From NCBI GenBank assembly GCA_025056095.1, contig JANWVW010000001.1, positions 1-51,766 on the forward strand: 51,766 bases of DNA, read 5' to 3'. The translations under genes were made by a program, and so were the position numbers. This document shows positions 19,961-26,710 of the stretch, one piece after another. The notes beneath the pieces were generated by a model. That model did no database searches. It was not told where the DNA came from and saw only the letters and a list, made by a program, of their open reading frames with translations. This stretch comes from Bacteroidia bacterium (GTDB lineage Bacteria > Bacteroidota > Bacteroidia > JANWVE01). Position 1 is the stretch's first letter. Every line of letters starts with the position of its first letter.

Positions 19961-20074
19961 TTTTTTGGCGTGTCCTTGCCCACACAAGCGCAACCGAAGT
20001 ATGGGCAGGACGGCGTGCTTCGAGCTACGTACGGAATGCCCCGACCCTTGCGCAGCAAGGGGCATACCCAAAAA
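19961..20074. repeat. GC-rich palindromic intergenic element, short form (forward, stem variant 1, slightly degenerate)
   Basis: TTTTTT-GGCGTGTCCTTGCCCACACaagcgcaaccgaagtATGGGCAGGacggcgtgcttcgagctacgtacggaatgccccgaCCCTTGCgcaGCAAGGGGCATACCC-AAAAA. Lies between convergent genes. Confidence 0.85.
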
Positions 20075-20125
20075 GAAAACCTAAATCATCAAATTTGTTA
20101 AAAACTGTACTTCAATAATTGTTCG

Positions 20126-21106
20126 CTACGAAATGATATTGACATGATTTTCTTCTTTGGTTAGCGTATGTATATCCCATTCAGGTAAAGCAACCATACT
20201 CTCACTACGTATGGGACAGTTAGAAACACTACAAAAACGACAATGAGCATTTACACAAGGGTCAACATGAATAAAAACATCCGTAGAAAATGGCGAGTGT
20301 TTGTCTAAAAGTTTTTCTATGTAAGTTTGTTTAGCTTCACTTTGCTCAACCGTCCAATAACGTGGAAAAGTTACATGGCAGTCTATATGAATGTGTGCGC
20401 CGTACTGAATAACGCGTAAGTTATGAATGTCTATCCAATATGGTTCTCTGTTTTTTTTGAGCGTATTTACGATGTCTTCAATTATAGCTTTATCTGCGGT
20501 ATCTAATAGGGGTAAAATGGCTTGCTTGACTACTTTGTATCCTGACCAAAGAATGTAAAAAGCTAATCCAATGGATAAAATACTATCCAAAATATTCCAG
20601 TTTGTAACTTGAATGGTAAATAATCCCAAAATTACTGCGGCAGAAGAGTAAGTATCGGAGAGAATATGCTTGGCTTCGGCTATTAAAACTAAACTTCGCT
20701 GCTTTTTACCTTGTTTGAGCAAGAGAAAACCTGTAAAAGCATTTACTATGGTGGAGAGTAGCATAAGTCCTATGCCTATTTCTAGTCTTTGCACTTCTGA
20801 TTGACCTGTGTAGAGCTTGTATCCGCTGCTGATGATTATGCCTATTCCTGCTATAATAATCAATGCGCCTTCTAGTCCTGCGGCAAAAAATTCTATTTTA
20901 CCATGTCCATAAGGGTGATTAGTGTCTTTGGGGCGAGATGCCCATTGTACGCTAAATAAAGCAAATCCGCTTGCTACAATGTTAATGATACTTTCTAATG
21001 CATCTGTGAGAATCATTTGAGAATGTGTATAAAAATATGTGCTTATTTTGAGCACAAACAGCGCAACGGCTAATCCAAAAGAAAGCCAAAGTAGTTTAAT
21101 TTTCAT
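20126..21106 (-). CDS. Cation diffusion facilitator (CDF) family metal efflux transporter with Cys-rich C-terminal tail
   Basis: Six TM helices, HxxxD-type motif (HILSDTYSS) and a cytoplasmic CDF C-terminal domain. The tail reads HVDPCVNAHCRFCSVSNCP. ATG 21106 forms an ATGA overlap with the upstream stop; the ORF track start at 21124 is the alternative. Confidence 0.85.
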   Translation of the reverse strand: MKIKLLWLSFGLAVALFVLKISTYFYTHSQMILTDALESIINIVASGFALFSVQWASRPKDTNHPYGHGKIEFFAAGLEGALIIIAGIGIIISSGYKLYTGQSEVQRLEIGIGLMLLSTIVNAFTGFLLLKQGKKQRSLVLIAEAKHILSDTYSSAAVILGLFTIQVTNWNILDSILSIGLAFYILWSGYKVVKQAILPLLDTADKAIIEDIVNTLKKNREPYWIDIHNLRVIQYGAHIHIDCHVTFPRYWTVEQSEAKQTYIEKLLDKHSPFSTDVFIHVDPCVNAHCRFCSVSNCPIRSESMVALPEWDIHTLTKEENHVNIIS

Positions 21107-21570
21107 ACTTTCGTTCTTTTCCATTGATTTTTGAGATAACGGTCATACAGAACAATTGTTCCTGCCATAGCTACGTTGTAATTTCCTTTGGGTAGCTGTA
21201 TAATGGCATGGCAGCGTTCTAATATCTTGGGAGAGATGCCTGAATGTTCAGAACCTAACAGATATACACTTTGAGCAAAATGGTCAAATTCTTCAATAGG
21301 CTGGGCTTTTTCGTGCATTTCTACACCTACTAAACGGCAACTATACGGTAAATGTGCGTAAAAATCCTCAAAATCAGTATAGAAAAAACAAGGTACAGAC
21401 TTGTAGCTTTCAAATACGTCAGAAGTTTGCTTGAAATACTTTCGCCCGATGGTAAAGATAAAATCTACTCCGAATATCATAGCTGACCGCCATAGTGTTC
21501 CTACGTTTTCTTTATGTTCAGGATACAATATTCCGATACCTGTAACTTCTTGCTTCCCGAAGGACTTCAT
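21103..21570 (-). CDS. SpoU/TrmH-family (SPOUT) RNA 2'-O-methyltransferase
   Basis: 155 aa. NVGTLWRSAMIFGVD, YLLGSEHSGIS and NVAMAGTIVLYD correspond to the three SPOUT motifs. Confidence 0.65.
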   Translation of the reverse strand: MKSFGKQEVTGIGILYPEHKENVGTLWRSAMIFGVDFIFTIGRKYFKQTSDVFESYKSVPCFFYTDFEDFYAHLPYSCRLVGVEMHEKAQPIEEFDHFAQSVYLLGSEHSGISPKILERCHAIIQLPKGNYNVAMAGTIVLYDRYLKNQWKRTKV

Positions 21571-21575
21571 TCACA

Positions 21576-21583
21576 CAAAAATA
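21576..21583 (-). promoter_or_regulatory. -7 promoter box TATTTTTG abutting the start codon
   Basis: Plus-strand caaaaata, only 5 nt upstream of ATG 21570. Confidence 0.4.
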
Positions 21584-21658
21584 ACATTTTAGCGTGAATC
21601 ATGGTTGAGTTCGTTTTGGCGCTGTGCAAGAGATAATTTTCAGAAGATTGAATTTTAG

Positions 21659-22020
21659 TTTTTTTGGGCGTGCCCTTGCCCCCACTTCGCTGCGCTTGTG
21701 TAGGCAAGGTCGGCGTGCTACGGGCTACGCTGACGCTTCGGTGCTACGCTTCGCTCCGCACTGGGCTAACGCCCACCCTCCGCATGCCTCACGCAAGGAA
21801 TCTCTGAAACAACCGTTTTTCTGTTTCTTATGCAAAGTTTTAGCTTGTAAGTACTTGTACTTCAAGCTTAAACAAGGTAAAGACATAATTGCACAGGTTA
21901 TCTGCGTGAGGGGCATGGAGCATGCCCGCAAGGGCAGTACGAAGCGTTAGCGAAGTACCGAAGCGAAGCGCAGTGCGGAATGCCCCGACCCTTGCGTTAG
22001 CAAGGGGCACGCCCAAAAAA
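21659..22020. repeat. GC-rich palindromic element, long composite form (short element carrying a ~244-bp nested insert at 21730-21973)
   Basis: The ends are identical to the short form (GGGCGTGCCCTTGCCC...; ...tgcggaatgccccgaCCCTTGCgttaGCAAGGGGCACGCCC). The insert has its own inverted termini and an AT-rich core (21787-21911). Collinear with the copy at 37632-37988. Confidence 0.9.
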
Positions 22021-22058
22021 TAAAATCATTTTTTACATTTGACAAAACCCTACACGTC

Positions 22059-22100
22059 AAAAAAACAGGCTAGCCCGTTGTAAGTAGAAGGCTAGCCTGT
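22059..22100 (-). terminator. Rho-independent terminator of the respiratory operon
   Basis: Perfect 11-bp stem ACAGGCTAGCC / GGCTAGCCTGT (22065-22100) followed on the minus strand by a T7 run (plus-strand A-run 22059-22065). Located about 26 nt after the stop at 22126. Confidence 0.75.
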
Positions 22101-22125
22101 CTGAAGTTTAGTTGAAGCAGGCAGA

Positions 22126-24117
22126 TTACTGCTTTTTATTTTGCTCATCCTTTGGAGGTTCTGGTTCTTTGGGCTTCACAGCATCCTTTTTACCTTTGCT
22201 TTTTAAGAACTCTTCTCTGCGTTTCTTTTCCATTTCTCTATCTCTTACATAGAGTTTATATAGGCGCTCTCTTTCATTAAAGTTAGTGTAATCAGGGTTA
22301 ATTCCTAACATGCCATCATAATTATAGTGCAAGGTATGCGCAGAGTTCTTTTCAGCAAGGGATTGAATGTAGTGTATTAAATACCATTTGTATTGCTGTG
22401 CGCGAGTAAGTCTCTCATATTCAGGTAAAGAGTCAAATTGTTTTTTAGTAGGGAGTTTTTCTAAGAATCCTTTGACCAGCTCTACATCCTCTTTGGTAAA
22501 CATTGCTTTACCTTGATTATTTACTGCCGATGCGATAGAGTTGAGGAATTCATCGGATAGGATGCTTTTTGTAATTACCATGAAGTTAGCATCGGCATAA
22601 ACAGGCATGGGACCTCCTGCAATACCTGCGGTCAAGTGTCTGTATAATGACCATGAGTCTCCTCCACCTTTGAATATACCGTTGTTATAGTTGGCAATTT
22701 TGAGTTTACCTCCCCAAGCATCTAAGCTGGCGTGGAAGTTATATTGGTCAGCAGCGGGGCCATCTGCGTGTCCATCACCGCCATGACATTGCCAGCATTG
22801 CTGAATAATATACACTGCTCTTCCCATTTTTTCTGTTTCGCGTGTGCGAGGAGGTTCGTTATCAGGGATACTTACTTTTTTACCAGGTTTTTCTTTGGCA
22901 TAGCGAGGTGAGAAAGTTTTAATGTAATCAATTACGTACCATTTGTCTACATCGCTCATTTTGTAGCCCACAGTGTGGTCATGCCAAGAGGGCATAGAGG
23001 AACCTGCTAAGCCTTTGACCAAAGTACGATAGATGTCCCAGTCCAGAGGTAGAGAAGAAGCATCGGTAGAACGGAACTTGTAAATACCTTGCTCAAAGTA
23101 GCGGGGTTTGGGTTTTAAGAATGGGTCTGCGGGTCCATTGAAATAGATCATGTACTCTCCTTTGCTTTTGTTTTTCTTCATTTGAATTGTATCCCACCAT
23201 TCTTTTGGGCGAGGTAGCATTCCACGATACTTAAAGTAAATGTTCTCTACATTAGGAACTAGTAGGACTTGTTTGAGCCAAGAGAAGTCGAACTTTTGAA
23301 TATTGACCTCTAATTGTTTTAACTTGGTTTCGCTGACGTACATGTCTAAATCGCGTAGGTAATAAAGTGCGTCAAGCTTGCGATTTTTGTTTTGAGGGTC
23401 AGGTTCTACATCAGCCACTTTGTCCGCAATAACCATTCTACCATGGCATCCTGAGCATTTCTTTTCATATATCTCTTTGCCTTTCGCAATTCTGACACTC
23501 ATGGGTTCTGATGTGATTGCAGTGGGAGTAGGAATTTCAGTACCTGTTGGAACATTGTAATTTCTCCACTCACCGATATCTTTACCGAGTCTTTGCATGT
23601 AAGCCAAGAGAGCTGCGCCATCTGCGTTCATTTTAGGTACGCGTTCTCCATCTGCATTGAGTTCTGTACCTTCAAATAACCAAGTGAAAGAAGGCATCAA
23701 GCTTTGAGGTACGGTATAGCGAGGGTTATAAAAATGAGCAATGTGCCAATCATCTGTTCTTTTACCTCCTTCACGGCTTAAATCTGGACCTATGCGGCGT
23801 GTTCCAAAGGTATGAGGTCTGTCAAATGCGTATTCACCTTCTTGGGATACAGGACCGTAGTATGCATTTTCATTGATAGTAGGTCTAACGAATTGCGAAT
23901 GGCAATACCAGCATCCTTCACGTAAGTATACTTTGCGCCCCCTTGCTTCTAATTCAGTATAGGGGTGAGCATAGACTTTTTCTCCTTTGTAGTTGATGAG
24001 TTCATCTGTTTGCGTACCTTTGAGTAACATTGGTAACACAAGCTGAATGGCTACAGCAAGGAAGAAAAAACCTATGCCTGCTACTAATGCAATGGTCTTG
24101 AATCTTTCCAGTAACAT
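22126..24117 (-). CDS. ccoO: cbb3-type oxidase subunit II (CcoO/FixO-like) fused to a long C-terminal dihaem (CcoP-like) extension
   Basis: N-terminal TM anchor. CcoO signature GRKVYLREGCWYCHSQFVRP...FGTRRIGPDLSREGGKRTDDWHIAHFYNPR...SLMPSF. Two further CxxCH motifs (CSGCH, CWQCH) are separated by a region of roughly 200 aa without recognisable motifs. Lys-rich tail. Confidence 0.8.
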   Translation of the reverse strand: MLLERFKTIALVAGIGFFFLAVAIQLVLPMLLKGTQTDELINYKGEKVYAHPYTELEARGRKVYLREGCWYCHSQFVRPTINENAYYGPVSQEGEYAFDRPHTFGTRRIGPDLSREGGKRTDDWHIAHFYNPRYTVPQSLMPSFTWLFEGTELNADGERVPKMNADGAALLAYMQRLGKDIGEWRNYNVPTGTEIPTPTAITSEPMSVRIAKGKEIYEKKCSGCHGRMVIADKVADVEPDPQNKNRKLDALYYLRDLDMYVSETKLKQLEVNIQKFDFSWLKQVLLVPNVENIYFKYRGMLPRPKEWWDTIQMKKNKSKGEYMIYFNGPADPFLKPKPRYFEQGIYKFRSTDASSLPLDWDIYRTLVKGLAGSSMPSWHDHTVGYKMSDVDKWYVIDYIKTFSPRYAKEKPGKKVSIPDNEPPRTRETEKMGRAVYIIQQCWQCHGGDGHADGPAADQYNFHASLDAWGGKLKIANYNNGIFKGGGDSWSLYRHLTAGIAGGPMPVYADANFMVITKSILSDEFLNSIASAVNNQGKAMFTKEDVELVKGFLEKLPTKKQFDSLPEYERLTRAQQYKWYLIHYIQSLAEKNSAHTLHYNYDGMLGINPDYTNFNERERLYKLYVRDREMEKKRREEFLKSKGKKDAVKPKEPEPPKDEQNKKQ

Positions 24118-24134
24118 ACTTGCCTATTCCTACC

Positions 24135-25664
24135 TTACTTTTGGACAGTTATAGTTTCTTTCAATGCTAGTAATTCCTCTATTTCTTTTGTACGTTGTTT
24201 AGGTTCAATGAAATCGTCAGTAGCATTAGGTACTTTCTGACCTTTTACTACAGTAAGTATAATGTTAATAGCGTATAGAATTTGGCTAACATCAGATAAC
24301 CAGCCAAAGAAGGTTCTCATTTCCCAATAAGGTATCATGGCAGCCATTGAGTCTACAAAGTCTATTCCTGATGCCCACATTTGACCTTGTAGAGGACCTT
24401 GGAAAGTAAGTACAGCTAACATTCCTGTTAGTCCGATAACGGTTAGCCACCAGTGCCAATCCGCAAGTGCTTTACTGTATAATCGCCTACCCGTAACTCG
24501 GGGAATGACATAGTACCCTCCTGCTGAAATAAAGAGAATAAATGCTCCGTAAGTAGCCATGTGTGCATGTCCTACTACAAAGTCTGTAAAGTGTGTAAGG
24601 TCTTGTACTGCGCGGAATGATTCTAATGAGCCTTGTAGAGAGCCTAAGAAATACCAAAATGCTCCCAATAGCAAAAAGCGTACGCCGTGATTTTGATTAA
24701 AGCGTTTCCAATTGCCTGTCATAGTACCGTAGAAGTTTTGAGTTACAGTAAGTACAGGTACCATCAATAGCCATGAAGTGGCAATAGCGATATCTTGGAC
24801 CCACTTAGGTAGTGGCGAGTATAAATAATGATGGGCACCTACAAAAGGATAGACTAGCGCAATTGTCCAAAAACCTATTAAGGAGAGTTTATGGCTGTAT
24901 AGGGGTCTTTGTGCTGCTAATGGTAAAAAGTAATAAATGATAGCTAATCCGCCAGGGGTTATGAGTAGCCCTACTGTGTAGTGCAAATATGCGCCGTGTA
25001 AATTCATATTGTCTACACCCCAAGTGAAGTTTGGTATGATGACGTATCCAAGAATGAGGTTCATGCTTGCCCATATTACACACACAGTAAGATACCACAA
25101 GGATACATACATTTTTTCTTCTTTACGAGTAAGAATAGTAGTCAAAACGGTAGCTGCGAACATTGCAAAAGCTATAAACAAGGGTATAGATGCATAGGGT
25201 CCTAAATCTGCTACTTCAATTCCTGGGTTATCTCCTATCATTACCGAAATAAATCCCACTATCAAAGACAAATTCCATAGTGTAAAAATCGCCCATCCCA
25301 TTTTAGGTCCGAACGCCATGCGCCTGCCTGTGAGCTTGGGAATCATATAGTATGAAAGTCCCATTAGGAAAGTGCCAAACCCAGCTAGTGCCATACCTGA
25401 GGTATGAACAGCACGGAATCTGCCGAAGTGTGTCCACATAGAATGTCCAAACCAGGGCGCATGAAACTTCATAGCCAGGAACCAGCCTGCGGCCTGTACA
25501 AAGCCTAGCCAAACTGCAGCGGTTATAATGAATGCAATTACAACAGGTGTATCAATTAGCTTCACTTTGGGCATATCCGCAAATAGAGCGGATAGTGAAC
25601 CTGTGGAAGCTTTTTGTTCTTTTGTATCTGCTTTTATGAAAGCTTTTATTGTACTCATAGTCAA
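24135..25664 (-). CDS. ccoN: cbb3-type (C-family) haem-copper oxidase subunit I
   Basis: FGRFRAVHTSG (low-spin haem His), YLHYTVGL (CuB His), ALVYPFVGAHHYLY (Tyr six residues before the HH CuB ligands, as in CcoN) and FVVGHAHMATYG (HxH haem ligands). 12 TM-like segments. Confidence 0.88.
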   Translation of the reverse strand: MTMSTIKAFIKADTKEQKASTGSLSALFADMPKVKLIDTPVVIAFIITAAVWLGFVQAAGWFLAMKFHAPWFGHSMWTHFGRFRAVHTSGMALAGFGTFLMGLSYYMIPKLTGRRMAFGPKMGWAIFTLWNLSLIVGFISVMIGDNPGIEVADLGPYASIPLFIAFAMFAATVLTTILTRKEEKMYVSLWYLTVCVIWASMNLILGYVIIPNFTWGVDNMNLHGAYLHYTVGLLITPGGLAIIYYFLPLAAQRPLYSHKLSLIGFWTIALVYPFVGAHHYLYSPLPKWVQDIAIATSWLLMVPVLTVTQNFYGTMTGNWKRFNQNHGVRFLLLGAFWYFLGSLQGSLESFRAVQDLTHFTDFVVGHAHMATYGAFILFISAGGYYVIPRVTGRRLYSKALADWHWWLTVIGLTGMLAVLTFQGPLQGQMWASGIDFVDSMAAMIPYWEMRTFFGWLSDVSQILYAINIILTVVKGQKVPNATDDFIEPKQRTKEIEELLALKETITVQK

Positions 25665-25673
25665 AAAGAATTG

Positions 25674-26597
25674 TTACCTACCTATAATTTCAAAATTTAG
25701 TTCTGTTTTTGCACCAGGTTTAATTTCTACCTCTTTCTCTACCACATAAGGGGGCTCAAATGTATAGGAATAATCTCCGTTATCTTTTTTCTCCTTGTTT
25801 GCTATTTTATATCCTTCATGCCAAGCGCGAACTTTGTACTTTCCAGGGGGAATATCTTTAATTTCAAAATTACCATTGTTGTCGGTCAAAGCATTATAAG
25901 GATGATTTACAGCAATAAAATACGCGTTCATCCAAGTATGACCTGCATCACAGACCATAGGGAAGACACCTGCCTGAGTAATTTCTTTGACAATTTCTTG
26001 ATCTTTAAGAGGCATAGCTTCATTGAATAGATTATTGGATTTACCTTCATCAGTGTAGGCGTGTACATTGTGCAGAATAGGGTCACTGTTTCTGAGCTTA
26101 GCTTTTGCTCCTACTGCAACTAGCTGAATATGTGGTGTATAGAAGCATCCTTTTTGATCTAGTAGTACGTCTTTTTTCTCCAAAGCTTTACCTTTGGTAA
26201 TGTTGACGATAGAGATCCACGTATTAGCTAGTCCCCCTCCTGGACCTACAATAATGCGATCAGACTTTAGTCTTCCACCTTTTACGCCACATTTATCTGC
26301 ATCTTTAACTACTACGAAGTCTTCTACGGTTGGATTACCTTTGAAGGTAACTTTGCCTGCTAAAGTTCCTCCGTTCTTAACTTCTTCTACGGTATATTCG
26401 CCTGATACAATTTCAGTGGAGCTACTTGAAGCACTAGCTGCATTTTCTGCTCCACCCTTTTTCTCACCACTACTCTCTAATGCAGTTCTCAATGAGTCTG
26501 CATTACCTGTAACTAGTGGCTCGCGTACTGCCTTGCTCTTGCAAGCCACTAAGCCCACCAAACTAACTGCAATTGCGAAATGAATGATTCTTTTCAT
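25674..26597 (-). CDS. Lipoprotein with cupredoxin-like domain (putative type-1 copper site) and C-terminal carboxypeptidase-regulatory-like beta-sandwich
   Basis: Lipobox LVGLVAC and a Ser/Ala-rich linker. FYTPHIQLVAVGAKAKLRNSDPILHNVHAY ... MVCDAGHTWMNAY gives a His...Cys-x3-His-x2-Met arrangement. The C-terminus reads NGNFEIKDIPPGKYKVRAWHEG. The functional call is tentative. Confidence 0.45.
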   Translation of the reverse strand: MKRIIHFAIAVSLVGLVACKSKAVREPLVTGNADSLRTALESSGEKKGGAENAASASSSSTEIVSGEYTVEEVKNGGTLAGKVTFKGNPTVEDFVVVKDADKCGVKGGRLKSDRIIVGPGGGLANTWISIVNITKGKALEKKDVLLDQKGCFYTPHIQLVAVGAKAKLRNSDPILHNVHAYTDEGKSNNLFNEAMPLKDQEIVKEITQAGVFPMVCDAGHTWMNAYFIAVNHPYNALTDNNGNFEIKDIPPGKYKVRAWHEGYKIANKEKKDNGDYSYTFEPPYVVEKEVEIKPGAKTELNFEIIGR

Positions 26598-26650
26598 GAT
26601 ACTGTATTAATAATAGGTAAAAATATTTTTTTTGCTTCATATTTTTGTTT

Positions 26651-26684
26651 CACTGGGTAGGTAGAAGCAGTACCCTACCCAGTG
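26651..26684 (-). promoter_or_regulatory. Intercistronic stem-loop within the respiratory operon
   Basis: Perfect 11-bp inverted repeat CACTGGGTAGG / CCTACCCAGTG in the 113-nt gap between the octahaem and cupredoxin genes. No U-run follows on the transcribed strand. Confidence 0.5.
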
Positions 26685-26710
26685 CTTTCTACTATCAGTT
26701 TAGAATGTGG

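Noticed and set aside
19865-20071. 68-aa and 80-aa minus-strand ORFs at the end of the acyl-CoA dehydrogenase gene
   Set aside because: They run antisense to a well-supported CDS and then through repeat copy 19961-20074. There is no independent coding signal.
21624-21950. 108-aa (+) and 68-aa (-) ORFs inside the long composite repeat
   Set aside because: Both lie wholly within repeat 21659-22020. The equivalent ORFs in the second long copy (37591-37919) are in different frames with different lengths, so no reading frame is conserved.
24135-25664. Haem-copper subunit I being a nitric-oxide reductase (NorB-like) rather than an oxidase
   Set aside because: The helix VII Tyr six residues upstream of the HH CuB ligands (YPFVGAHH) is present, and the partner subunit has a CcoO signature. 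Both point to a C-family O2 reductase. This rests on motifs only and was not tested phylogenetically.
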